From Candidatus Brocadia sp. (GTDB lineage Bacteria; Planctomycetota; Brocadiia; Brocadiales; Brocadiaceae): a DNA stretch of 32,000 nucleotides. Of this stretch, positions 1 to 8,384 are shown in pieces (the stretch's first letter is position 1; each line of letters starts with the position of its first letter). The translations under genes and the position numbers were made by a program. The notes under the pieces are model-generated. The model was not told where the DNA came from. It did not search any database and was given only the letters and a program-made list of their open reading frames with translations. The DNA lies in assembly GCA_021650915.1 (NCBI GenBank), contig CP091279.1:2670001-2702000 (forward strand). Reading direction: 5' to 3'.

Positions 1-1
1 A

Positions 2-349
2 CGCGAATTCGACAGCCTGTTCACCACGGACAAGCCGATCATCTTTAATTTTCACGGCTATCCGTGGCTCATCCACAAGCTCTCGTATCGTTTCAAGGGG
101 CACGATAACCTGCACGTGCGCGGTTACAAGGAAAAGGGCAACATCAATACGCCGCTCGAACTGGCGATGCTGAATGAAACTTCGCGTTTCCATCTGGTCA
201 TCGACATCATCGACCGGGTGCCGAAGTTGCGCACGAAGGCAGCGCACGTAAAGGAGCAGATGAAGAATGCCATTATCGACAACATGCGCTATGCGCACGA
301 GCAGGGCACGGATCGTCCGGAAATTACGAACTGGACCTGGCCGTATTAA
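2..349 (+). CDS. xfp: Phosphoketolase (xylulose-5-P/fructose-6-P phosphoketolase), C-terminal fragment; the 5' end lies outside the window
   Basis: The frame is open from the window edge. The translation REFDSLFTTDKPIIFNFHGYPWLIHKLSYRFKGHDNLHVRGYKEKGNINTPLELAMLNE...DRPEITNWTWPY matches my recollection of the conserved C-terminal block of XFP-family phosphoketolases. Confidence 0.85.
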   Translation, partial: REFDSLFTTDKPIIFNFHGYPWLIHKLSYRFKGHDNLHVRGYKEKGNINTPLELAMLNETSRFHLVIDIIDRVPKLRTKAAHVKEQMKNAIIDNMRYAHEQGTDRPEITNWTWPY

Positions 350-424
350 GGTACGTACGCAGGCGGTGGGATATTAATTCCGCTGTTTCATTAGGCCTTC
401 GGCGATCTTTTATCATAAGATAAA

Positions 425-494
425 ACCCACCCCTGAATCCCCTCCCAGGAGGGGACTTCGTTAGTCCCCTCTTGAGAGGGGGTTGGGGGGTGTG
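425..494. repeat. RD copy 1: G/C-run double-hairpin module (CCCCTCC..GGAGGGG and CCCCTC-TTGA-GAGGGG nested between CCCACCCC and GGGGGGTG)
   Basis: Two adjacent short GC hairpins sit inside an outer imperfect inverted repeat. The same architecture recurs at 30956-31028. Confidence 0.7.
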
Positions 495-531
495 TAAGGC
501 AGGAGCAGAGAGTTTGAAATTCCTATACCTA

Positions 532-745
532 GCGCAGCACAGCCGCAACCAAATTTCCTTTATGAAAGCGGGGAGATTGCTTCGGAAAAGGCCCTCGCAA
601 TGACAGCGACCATGCACTTTGATGGCACACTGCACGTTGTCATTGCGAGTGAAGCGAAGCAATCTTTCACTCATAAAAACAGTACCTCCTGAAAGGGGTT
701 TGTGAAAAAACTTACAAAAGAAAGAAGTTTTATACAGGAATACTA
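532..745 (+). mobile_element. RA copy 1: ~215-bp long-hairpin element, flanked by TA on both sides
   Basis: Near-identical by eye to 6864-7078, 16602-16819 and, in reverse complement, 21908-22119. The central arms AGATTGCTTCG...CTCGCAATGACA and TGTCATTGCGAG...CGAAGCAATCT can pair (11 + 12 bp). It ends 15 nt before the start codon at 761. Confidence 0.85.
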
Positions 746-760
746 TAAAGGAGTAACCCG

Positions 761-2152
761 ATGAAAATCTATTTCCATGGCGCAACGGGTGACGTAACCG
801 GTTCTGCCTATCACGTGAAAACGAAACACGCTAGCGTGCTGGTTGACTGCGGATTGTTCCAGGGCGGCAAGGAAGAGCGCGCGAAGAATCGCCGGCGGGC
901 AAATCTCGAAAGCGGCAAACTTGATGCGGTGGTGCTTACCCATGCGCATCTCGACCATATTGGCCGTTTGCCGTTGCTCACCCAGAAGGAGTATCAGGGT
1001 CCGATCTACGCCACTCAGGCAACGCTCGATGTGGCAAGGCTGATTCTCCGCGATTCGTATTTCCTCCAAAAAGCCGATCTTGATCGTGAAAACCGGAAAA
1101 GGGCGCGCTCCGGTCAGGCGCCGCTCGAACCCCTTTTCACAGAGGAAGACGTGCTTCGTCTGAAACCATTGATCAGGGCGATTGCCTATAATCAGCCGGT
1201 TCAGGTTGCTCCGGGCGTTCAGGCGCGTTTGGTCGATGCTGGCCATGTGATCGGCTCGGCCAGTGTCGAGCTGACCGTGGAGGAAGACGGTAAAAAGAAG
1301 GTCGTGGTCTTCTCCGGCGACCTGGGGCCGCGCGGGGCGCCCCTGCTGAACGACCCCGTTCCCTTTGAACGCGCTGACGCGGTTATCATGGAGTCGACAT
1401 ATGGGGACCGGAATCACCGGTCGCTGTACGAGACCGCTATGGAGGCGAGAAAAATTATTGCAAAGGCGATTGAAGCGAAGGCAAAAATTCTCGTCCCCGT
1501 ATTTGCCGTCGGGCGGACACAACTGCTCTTGTATCTTCTGGCAGGTGCATTTCGTAAGAAAACACTGCCGCGATTTCCGATTTATCTCGACAGTCCTCTG
1601 GCGATCGAGGCGACAAAAATATACGGCAAGCACAACGAGCTGTTTGACGAAGAAGCGCAGTCTATGGTAAAATCCGGCGATCTGCGCGAGAGTCTCCAGG
1701 GCGCGAAGTTTTGCCCCACTGCCGAGGATTCCAGGGCGCTCAATAATGTAAAAGGCCCGTGCATGATCATGGCCGGCAGCGGCATGTGCACCGGCGGGCG
1801 GATCATGCACCATCTGAAGCACAATTTGCACCATCCGGATACGGCCGTCCTGATCGTGGGATTTCAATCGCCCGGAACCCTTGGGCGACAACTTGTGGAT
1901 GGCAAAGAATCGGTCTCGATCTTTGGCGAAGAAGTCGCCGTGCGCGCATCGATCCACACCATGGGTGGATTCAGCGCCCATGCCGGACAGGACGATCTGT
2001 TGAAATGGTTCTCCGCCGTTGCGCCTTCACGGCCACGAGTAATAATCACCCATGGGGAAGACCGGGCGAGAAAAACATTTTCAGATCTTATCCGTTCCCA
2101 GCATAATTTGCGGCCGGAGATACCCAATCTGGGCGATATGATAGAAATTTGA
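761..2152 (+). CDS. MBL-fold beta-CASP family hydrolase (RNase J / CPSF-like RNA-metabolising nuclease)
   Basis: 463-aa ORF with AAGGAG 7 nt upstream. It has the HAHLDH metallo-beta-lactamase motif, a DAGHVIGSA block, and the C-terminal GGFSAHAGQDDL motif typical of beta-CASP nucleases. Confidence 0.8.
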   Translation: MKIYFHGATGDVTGSAYHVKTKHASVLVDCGLFQGGKEERAKNRRRANLESGKLDAVVLTHAHLDHIGRLPLLTQKEYQGPIYATQATLDVARLILRDSYFLQKADLDRENRKRARSGQAPLEPLFTEEDVLRLKPLIRAIAYNQPVQVAPGVQARLVDAGHVIGSASVELTVEEDGKKKVVVFSGDLGPRGAPLLNDPVPFERADAVIMESTYGDRNHRSLYETAMEARKIIAKAIEAKAKILVPVFAVGRTQLLLYLLAGAFRKKTLPRFPIYLDSPLAIEATKIYGKHNELFDEEAQSMVKSGDLRESLQGAKFCPTAEDSRALNNVKGPCMIMAGSGMCTGGRIMHHLKHNLHHPDTAVLIVGFQSPGTLGRQLVDGKESVSIFGEEVAVRASIHTMGGFSAHAGQDDLLKWFSAVAPSRPRVIITHGEDRARKTFSDLIRSQHNLRPEIPNLGDMIEI

Positions 2153-2160
2153 GGTGAGCT

Positions 2161-5100
2161 ATGCGCATCGCACTAGGTTCAGATCATGCCGGATTCGAGC
2201 TAAAGGAAGAGATGAAGGCCTTTTTGACCAAGGAGAATCACGAGGTGATCGACGTGGGCGCCCACAGTAAAGATCCCGTGGATTATCCGGACTACGCCGA
2301 GGCCATTGGCGCAGCCCTGCGCGAATACCGGGCAGAGCGCGGCATCCTTCTCTGTGGCAGCGGTGTTGGCGCGTCCATGGCCGCAAACAGGATTCCCGGC
2401 GTTCGCGCAGGGCTGTGCCATGACACCTATTCGGCACACCAAGGCGTGGAGCATGATAACATGAACGTGCTGGTGCTCGGTGGGCGCGTTGTCGGCGTTG
2501 AGCTTGCCCGCGAACTGATTCGCGCCTTCGTAAACGCGAACTTTACGGGCGAAGGGCGGCACCTGCGCAGGCTCGCCAAGATGACGGCGCTGGAAAGCCG
2601 GTTGCGCGCCCTGCAGGTCTATGGACAGTCGGTGTGGCTCGATTATATCCGCCGCAGCCTGATCACCAGCGGTGAATTACGCCGCCTGATTGACGAAGAC
2701 GGTTTACGGGGCGTGACCTCCAATCCGGCGATTTTCGAAAAAGCCGTCGCAGGAAGCGCCGATTACCGCGAGGTTTTTGAAACGCCGGAGGCGCGTGCGA
2801 CGGATGCAAAGACGCTCTATGAAAAAATTGCAGTCCGCGATATTCAGGACGCCGCAGATGTGCTGCGCCCGGTGTATGAGGAGACTTTGATGCGCGATGG
2901 ATATGTCAGTCTGGAGGTATCTCCGTTCCTCGCGCACGACACGGCGGGCACCCTGGACGAAGCCAGGCGGTTATGGCAGACGGTGGGGCGCGATAATCTG
3001 ATGATCAAAATTCCGGCTACAGCCGAGGGAATTCCGGCCATCCATCAACTCATCAGCGAAGGCATCAACGTCAATGTGACGCTCCTTTTTACCCAGGAGG
3101 TTTACGAGCAGGTGGCGGAGGCGTATCTTTCAGGACTGGAGAAAATTGCTGCCCGCGGCGGTGATCTGAAGCGGGTGGCCAGCGTTGCCAGTTTCTTTAT
3201 CAGCCGGATTGACACCGCCGTTGATGCGCTCATTGCGGCGCGGTTGCAGGCAACACCCCAGGCGCGGGAGGAGAAACTTCTCCGCAGTCTTACCGGCAAG
3301 GTGGCCATTGCCAACGCCAGGCTCACCTATCAGCGCTACCGGGAGCTTTTTGGCGGCCCGCGCTGGGACGCATTGGCCGGACAGGGCGCACAGACGCAGC
3401 GCTTGTTATGGGCAAGCACGGGTACAAAGAATCCCGCCTATCGCGATGTCGCATACGTAGAAGAGCTGATCGGACCTGATACGGTGAATACGATTCCGCC
3501 CGCAACCTATGAGGCATTTCGCGATCACGGACGGCCGCGCGCAAGCCTTACGGAGGATATCGAGTCCGCCTACGACGCCATGAAAGCGCTCACTGAAGCC
3601 GGGATATCTCTGAAGGAGGTAACCGACACGTTGCTTGCTGAGGGAGTGCAGCTCTTTTCGGACGCCTTTGAGAAGTTGCTTGCGGCAGTGAAGAAGCAAG
3701 GCAGGGAAGCCGGAAAAGGGAAAATCAATCGCATGGCGCACCATCTCCCCCTGCCTATAAGCGCTGCGGTTAAAGATGCTTTGACAGAGTGGGGCGCGCA
3801 GGGCAAGGTGAGAAGGCTTTGGGGCCGGGACGCATCGCTGTGGACCGGCAAGGATGAAGCGCGGTGGCTCGGCTGGCTCGGCATTACCAACGACCAGTTG
3901 GCCCATATTCAGCGTCTAACCAGGGTTACTGAGCTCGCCAGGAGTTCGGGCTTTTCCCATGTCTTATTGTTAGGCATGGGCGGATCGAGTCTCTGCCCTG
4001 AGGTGATGAAGCAGACCTTCGGCACGATCAGCGGATTTCCGGAACTTTACGTGCTTGACTCGACCGATCCTGCCCAGGTAAAGGCCTTCGAGAATAAAGT
4101 CGATCTGAAAAACACCCTCTTCATTGTGTCAAGCAAATCGGGCTCTACCCTTGAACCCAACATTTTCAAGCAGTATTTCTTCGACCGGGTGACGCAGGTC
4201 GTAGGTTTAAAGGAAGCCGGGAGGAGGTTTATTGCCATTACCGATCCCGGTTCCCGGATACAGCATATTGCAGAAGACGATGACTTTCGCCATATCTTCT
4301 TCGGGTGGACCAATATCGGAGGGCGTTACTCAGCGCTCTCTGATTTTGGCCTGGTCCCGGCTGCCATCATGGGGGTGGACGTGACGAAGTTTTTGGATCG
4401 GACTGAGGAGATGGTCTGCGCCTGCATGCCGTCGGTGCCGGTTGAAGAAAACCCGGGGGTCACGCTCGGCGCGATCCTTGGGGTAGCCGCAAAGAAATTT
4501 GGCCGCAACAAAGTCACGATTATTACATCGCCGGGCATTTACGATCTTGGCGCATGGCTGGAACAAATGCTTGCCGGATCAACAGGAAAAGACGGCAAGG
4601 GATTAATTCCGGTCGAACGCGAAGCGCCCGGCAAGCCCGATGTCTATAGCAGCGACCGCCTGTTTATCTATCTGAGACTGGGTTCGGCTCCGGATACGGC
4701 ACAGGATGGATCGGTTGCAGTGTTGGAACAGGCCGGCCACCCCGTTGTGCGTATTGCGCTGGACGATCCTTACGATCTGGGTGAGGAATTTTTCCGCTGG
4801 GAGATTGCAACCGCAGTGGCAGGCTCTATTCTCGGCATTCATCCATTCGATCAGCCGGACGTGGAGGCGAGCAAGATCGCAACACGGAAACTGACCGCAG
4901 AGTATGAGAGAAAAGGCGCATTACCCCAGGAGATACCCATCTTCACCGGGGAAGGGATTAACCTCTACACGGATGAGAAAAATGCGGCTGCATTGCCGCC
5001 GGTGGTGAAAGACCCTTGCACGCTGACGGGATATCTCAGGGCGCATCTGAACCGCCTCAACACGGGTGATTATTTTGCATTGCTTGCCTATATAGAAATG

Positions 5101-5451
5101 AATAAGGAGCACGAACAGCAGTTGCAGGCGATGCGCACGTGCGTGCGCGATGCCAGGCGGGTTGCCACGTGTCTGGGATTTGGGCCGCGCTTTCTCCATT
5201 CGACGGGACAGGCTTTCAAGGGTGGGCCGAATACGGGCGTCTTCCTGCAGATCACGTGCGATGATGCGGCCGATGTGCCGGTGCCGGGACAAAAATACAC
5301 GTTTGGGGTAGTCAAGGCAGCCCAGGCACGAAGTGATTTTCAGGCGCTGCTGGAGCGCAACCGCCGCGCCTTGCGTGTCCATCTTGGCGCAGACGTCAGC
5401 GCTGGTCTGGCAACGCTGCAAAAAGCCATTGCTGCGGCGCTGCTATCGTAG
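2161..5451 (+). CDS. Trifunctional fusion protein: ribose-5-phosphate isomerase B (about nt 2161-2590) + transaldolase (about 2600-3700) + glucose-6-phosphate isomerase (about 3730-5448)
   Basis: One uninterrupted 1096-aa ORF. RpiB signatures: GSDHAGFELK and LLCGSGVGASMAANR. Transaldolase signatures: GVTSNPAIFEKA and NLMIKIPAT (active-site Lys context). Pgi signatures: LGMGGSSL, FIVSSKSGSTLEP and GGRYSALS. The start lies 8 nt after the upstream stop codon. Confidence 0.9.
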   Translation: MRIALGSDHAGFELKEEMKAFLTKENHEVIDVGAHSKDPVDYPDYAEAIGAALREYRAERGILLCGSGVGASMAANRIPGVRAGLCHDTYSAHQGVEHDNMNVLVLGGRVVGVELARELIRAFVNANFTGEGRHLRRLAKMTALESRLRALQVYGQSVWLDYIRRSLITSGELRRLIDEDGLRGVTSNPAIFEKAVAGSADYREVFETPEARATDAKTLYEKIAVRDIQDAADVLRPVYEETLMRDGYVSLEVSPFLAHDTAGTLDEARRLWQTVGRDNLMIKIPATAEGIPAIHQLISEGINVNVTLLFTQEVYEQVAEAYLSGLEKIAARGGDLKRVASVASFFISRIDTAVDALIAARLQATPQAREEKLLRSLTGKVAIANARLTYQRYRELFGGPRWDALAGQGAQTQRLLWASTGTKNPAYRDVAYVEELIGPDTVNTIPPATYEAFRDHGRPRASLTEDIESAYDAMKALTEAGISLKEVTDTLLAEGVQLFSDAFEKLLAAVKKQGREAGKGKINRMAHHLPLPISAAVKDALTEWGAQGKVRRLWGRDASLWTGKDEARWLGWLGITNDQLAHIQRLTRVTELARSSGFSHVLLLGMGGSSLCPEVMKQTFGTISGFPELYVLDSTDPAQVKAFENKVDLKNTLFIVSSKSGSTLEPNIFKQYFFDRVTQVVGLKEAGRRFIAITDPGSRIQHIAEDDDFRHIFFGWTNIGGRYSALSDFGLVPAAIMGVDVTKFLDRTEEMVCACMPSVPVEENPGVTLGAILGVAAKKFGRNKVTIITSPGIYDLGAWLEQMLAGSTGKDGKGLIPVEREAPGKPDVYSSDRLFIYLRLGSAPDTAQDGSVAVLEQAGHPVVRIALDDPYDLGEEFFRWEIATAVAGSILGIHPFDQPDVEASKIATRKLTAEYERKGALPQEIPIFTGEGINLYTDEKNAAALPPVVKDPCTLTGYLRAHLNRLNTGDYFALLAYIEMNKEHEQQLQAMRTCVRDARRVATCLGFGPRFLHSTGQAFKGGPNTGVFLQITCDDAADVPVPGQKYTFGVVKAAQARSDFQALLERNRRALRVHLGADVSAGLATLQKAIAAALLS

Positions 5452-5455
5452 CAGA

Positions 5456-5512
5456 GATTGCTTCGGGCTAGCGCCCTCGCAATGACAACGTTCTTTATGC
5501 GCTTACTATAAT
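5456..5512 (+). repeat. RH copy 1: solo GATTGCTTCG..CTCGCAATGAC hairpin unit with a TTACTATA tail; possible terminator for the fusion gene
   Basis: It begins 5 nt after the stop codon at 5449-5451. ATTGC/GCAAT and GGGC/GCCC can pair. The same unit plus tail recurs at 10480-10530. Confidence 0.6.
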
Positions 5513-5536
5513 TCAAATTGTATAGGAATTTTCATT

Positions 5537-5587
5537 TTAGTTAAGCGGGTTGTGGGGTGGCACGGACAAACTTGTCTGTCCGTGTTT
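5537..5587 (+). repeat. RF copy 1: ~50-bp repeat containing an ACGGACA..TGTCCGT hairpin
   Basis: TTAGTTAAGCGGGTTGTGGGGTGGCACGGACAAACTTGTCTGTCCGTG aligns with 14607-14657. Confidence 0.65.
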
Positions 5588-5597
5588 AACTCGAGGT

Positions 5598-5788
5598 TTA
5601 GGAATTCCAAAGTTGTTGCAGAGCGAAGAGATTCTTCGTTCTCCAGTGAAAAGCAGTACGCCGAATATCGAATATCGAATATTGAACAAGGAACGTTGAA
5701 TAATGAAGTATTTTTACTTCACTGTTCGATATTCCTTGTTCTGCGGTTCGATGTTCTCTTTAAATAAGCCGCCAAAGGCCTAATTCAA
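5598..5788 (+). repeat. RE copy 1: ~190-bp repeat with a GAACAAGGAA/TTCCTTGTTC hairpin and a GAATATC tandem tract
   Basis: It aligns along its whole length with 10118-10302, with scattered substitutions and a difference of one 7-bp unit. It abuts the start of the LOG gene. Confidence 0.85.
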
Positions 5789-5799
5789 TGAGGATCACA

Positions 5800-6561
5800 A
5801 TGTCGAATATCGACAGAAAGGAGAGGCACATTACGATGAGCAAAAAGACATCCACGGAAACGAAATCTGATTCGGTCAGTCTGGCCGACGAGGAAGGAGT
5901 CAAACAAATACTCATGAACTCAGTTCTTGGCCTTTGGGACGTTGTCAATAATCTTACGCGGCTCAAGCCGTCCCGGCGCGACCGCTACCGTGTTACGATC
6001 TTTGGCTCAGCAAGGGCTAAAGCGGGAACATTCGGCTACGAAGAGACCAAGCGCGCCGCAGCCGCATTGGCCAAGATGGGCTGCGACATTATCACCGGCG
6101 GTGGTCCAGGGCTGATGCAGGCCGCCAACGAAGGAGCGGCTACCTCGCCGGAATGTGCAAAATCTGTTGGGATACGGGTTGATTTACCCTTTGAACAGGA
6201 AGTCAATGCGTTTGTTACTCAGGCGTTCGAGCATCGGACTTTCTTTACGCGCCTGCACCAGTTCGTGCTTACCTCAGACGCCTTCGTCGTTGCGCCGGGA
6301 GGAATCGGCACCGTCCTGGAAACGATGATGATCTGGCAGTTGCTGCAGGTCCATCACCTGGAGAACACGCCGCTGATCCTCGTGGGAAAGATGTGGCCGG
6401 GGCTGATCGAGTGGGCGCGCGGCGCCATGCTCTCGGCCGAATCTCCTCTGGCAAACGCCGAAGACATGACGATACCGCGCTGCGCTGCAAATGCCGATGA
6501 AGCAATCGCGCTCATACGAGAACACCATGCGGCATGGCTCAGCAAGAAGGAGAAACCGTAA
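5800..6561 (+). CDS. LOG family / TIGR00730-type Rossmann-fold protein (nucleotide 5'-monophosphate nucleosidase / cytokinin riboside 5'-monophosphate phosphoribohydrolase-like)
   Basis: Motifs GGGPGLMQAANEGA and PGGIGTVLE are present. The start is uncertain: ATG 5788, 5800 and 5836 are all in frame. I chose 5800 because GAGGA lies 5 nt upstream. Confidence 0.8.
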   Translation: MSNIDRKERHITMSKKTSTETKSDSVSLADEEGVKQILMNSVLGLWDVVNNLTRLKPSRRDRYRVTIFGSARAKAGTFGYEETKRAAAALAKMGCDIITGGGPGLMQAANEGAATSPECAKSVGIRVDLPFEQEVNAFVTQAFEHRTFFTRLHQFVLTSDAFVVAPGGIGTVLETMMIWQLLQVHHLENTPLILVGKMWPGLIEWARGAMLSAESPLANAEDMTIPRCAANADEAIALIREHHAAWLSKKEKP

Positions 6562-6653
6562 AGGACTTCGCTTTGCACGGTATGACGGTTACTGGGGAAG
6601 TGCACGCTGTCTTTTACTATACTTTAAGGAATTTTGCCGAGTAGGCGTCAGTG

Positions 6654-6743
6654 GTAGGGTGGATTAAGCGAGAGCGAATCCACCTTTCCTGGAAATAGTA
6701 TTGGTGGATTCGGCGTAAAAATCAACGCCTTAATCCACCCTAC
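6654..6743. repeat. 90-bp GTAG...CTAC-bounded hairpin (GTAGGGTGGATTAAG ... CTTAATCCACCCTAC, with inner CGAATCCACC/GGTGGATTCG)
   Basis: A perfect 15-bp outer inverted repeat and a 10-bp inner inverted repeat are read directly from the sequence. Confidence 0.8.
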
Positions 6744-6762
6744 TCATAACTTGAGGAAGTTT

Positions 6763-7110
6763 GTAACAATGTAGTTTTTTGAAAAATTCCAATAAAGGCG
6801 GTGTTTACCATGCCGTGCAGGGGCAGGTTTAAAACCTGCCCCTACAAGACAATATTATTCATGGCGCGGCACAGCCGCAACCAAATTTTCTTTATGAAAA
6901 CGGGGAGATTGCTTCGGAAAAGACCCTCGCAATGACAGCGGCCTTGCACTTTGATGGCACACTGCATGTTGTCATTGCGAGCGAAGCGAAGCAATCTTTC
7001 ACTCATAAAAAACGGTACCTCCTGAAAAGGGGTTTGTGAAAAACTTACAAAAAAAGAAGTTTTTATACAGTAATACTATAGAGAGAATTTTTCAAAGGCC
7101 AAATTGTTAT
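6763..7110 (+). mobile_element. RB-type MITE (TIR GTAACAATGTAGTTTTTTGAAAAA ... ATTTTTCAAAGGCCAAATTGTTAT) carrying the GCAGGTTTAAAACCTGC hairpin, with RA copy 2 nested inside
   Basis: Its backbone is collinear with the 135-bp element at 15422-15556, except for the 215-bp RA insertion at 6864-7078. Confidence 0.7.
6864..7078 (+). mobile_element. RA copy 2 (nested in the RB-type MITE), flanked by TG on the left and TA on the right
   Basis: Same family as 532-745. The homologous uninterrupted site at 15521-15530 reads TCC-TA-GAGAG. Confidence 0.85.
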
Positions 7111-7224
7111 TAATAATAACGATGTTGCCGCACTGCGTAAGAGGATTGTTGGCGCATCATTTCCTTTGCTACGCTCAGGAGGCAGACCATCAGAATGACA
7201 CCGCTTGTCATTCCTTCGCCTTCT

Positions 7225-7249
7225 GTCATGCTGAGCGAAGCGAAGAATC
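7225..7249 (+). repeat. Solo variant hairpin unit GTCATGCTGAGCGAAGCGAAGAATC
   Basis: A variant of the GTCATTGCGAG..GAAGCAATC unit that occurs in RA, RH and at 15309-15335. Confidence 0.5.
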
Positions 7250-7275
7250 TCAGGCTTGAGCAGGCAAAAAAAACC

Positions 7276-7305
7276 TTGCAATCCGCTTTGTTTTACGGAT
7301 ATAAT
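7276..7305 (+). promoter_or_regulatory. Candidate sigma70-type promoter for the efflux operon (TTGCAA - 18 nt - TATAAT)
   Basis: The -35 TTGCAA is at 7276-7281 and the -10 TATAAT at 7300-7305. It lies downstream of all repeats in this spacer, 45 nt before the ATG at 7350, which has an AAAGGAG RBS. Confidence 0.35.
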
Positions 7306-7349
7306 GCCCAACTTACAAGGCAATTTTACAGAAACCAAAGGAGTCTCCA

Positions 7350-8384
7350 ATGTCCAAACCGAGCTACAAAAAGCACCTGATATGGATTATACCGATAGTC
7401 GTTGTCGCGGGCGGCGCATTCTTCGGCTATAAGTACTGGAAGGCGAAGAAATACGCGCTGCCGGAGGGGATCGCCTCGGGTAACGGCCGAATCGAGAGCA
7501 AGCTGGTTGATGTCGCCGCCAAGGAACCGCTGAGGGTCAAGGAAGTCCTCGCCGATGAAGGTGATCGCGTCGAGCCGGGTCAGGTGCTGGTGAGGCTGGA
7601 CACCATCACGCTGGATGCCGAATTGGCGAAGGCGAAGGCAAATGTCGCTGCCACGCAGGAGCGCCTGGCGATAGCCAACGCCGCAATCATCAGGCGGAAA
7701 AGCGAGATAGAGCTTGCCAAAATCGAGGTTGAGCGCACCCGAAAACTCGTTGAAGAACGCGCCGGCACCCAGCGGGAGTATGATGTCCGCAGGACGGAGC
7801 TGGAAACAACCACGGCTGCACTCGCAGAAGAGGAGGCGCGGCTGCAAACCGCCAAGCAGGAGGTCGAAGTGGCTCAGGCGAATGTGGCAACAATTCAGAC
7901 CCGCATCGATGATGCAACACTCACCTCCCCGGTCCGCGGAAGGGTGCTGTATCGCCTGGCTGAACCTGGCGAAGTCCTTGCATCCGGCGGGAAAGCATTG
8001 ACACTGGTGAATCTGAAAGATATCTATATGGAGATATTCCTTCCTGCACAACAGGCCGCCAAACTGAAGGTTGGAGCCGAAGGGAGGATTACCCTTGACC
8101 ATGCCCCCGGCCGCGCGGCCGCCGGATATGTTAGCTTCGTGTCCCCGGAGGCGCAATTCACTCCCAAACAGGTCGAGACACGCAGCGAACGTGACAAGCT
8201 GATGTTCCGCGTCAAGATCCAGTTGCCTGAGGAGCTGGCCGTCTCTTACATGGATTACATCAAAACAGGCGTCAGGGGCGTTGGATACGTCAGGGTGGAT
8301 GAATCTGCTTCCTGGCCGAACTGGCTGCAGAATCTCGTGACAGCGCCTCCAAAGATGTATGAACAACCCAGGGAGGTGCGTTGA
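7350..8384 (+). CDS. HlyD-family membrane fusion / periplasmic adaptor protein (YhiI-like)
   Basis: 344 aa with an N-terminal TM segment, a long coiled-coil region (AELAKAKANVAATQERLA...), and a beta-barrel C-terminus. Its position upstream of an RbbA-like ABC gene mirrors E. coli yhiI-rbbA-yhhJ. Confidence 0.8.
   Translation: MSKPSYKKHLIWIIPIVVVAGGAFFGYKYWKAKKYALPEGIASGNGRIESKLVDVAAKEPLRVKEVLADEGDRVEPGQVLVRLDTITLDAELAKAKANVAATQERLAIANAAIIRRKSEIELAKIEVERTRKLVEERAGTQREYDVRRTELETTTAALAEEEARLQTAKQEVEVAQANVATIQTRIDDATLTSPVRGRVLYRLAEPGEVLASGGKALTLVNLKDIYMEIFLPAQQAAKLKVGAEGRITLDHAPGRAAAGYVSFVSPEAQFTPKQVETRSERDKLMFRVKIQLPEELAVSYMDYIKTGVRGVGYVRVDESASWPNWLQNLVTAPPKMYEQPREVR

Noticed and set aside
532-745. 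RA might be a structured ncRNA gene or riboswitch rather than a mobile repeat.
   Set aside because: It occurs in both orientations relative to neighbouring genes and once nested inside another element. I recognise no known riboswitch or ncRNA core. An RNA-level function is not excluded, but the sequence alone does not support it.
324-785. ORFs encoded by repeats: 324-785, 5552-5767, 14356-15072, 15027-15428, 16853-17035, 21584-22090, 22149-22444 and 30764-31039.
   Set aside because: They run through RA, RC, RD and RE elements and give ghost peptides such as HVVIASEAKQSF and CRDEAFAI that recur wherever the repeat recurs, in either orientation. They have no RBS and no family resemblance.
743-1981. 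Long antisense ORFs: 743-1981 (412 aa), 7326-8405 (359 aa), 25134-25916 (260 aa) and 10923-11618 (231 aa).
   Set aside because: Each lies opposite a gene with strong family motifs. Their translations are low-complexity and Arg/Gly/Pro-rich with no recognisable domains, as expected for shadow ORFs.
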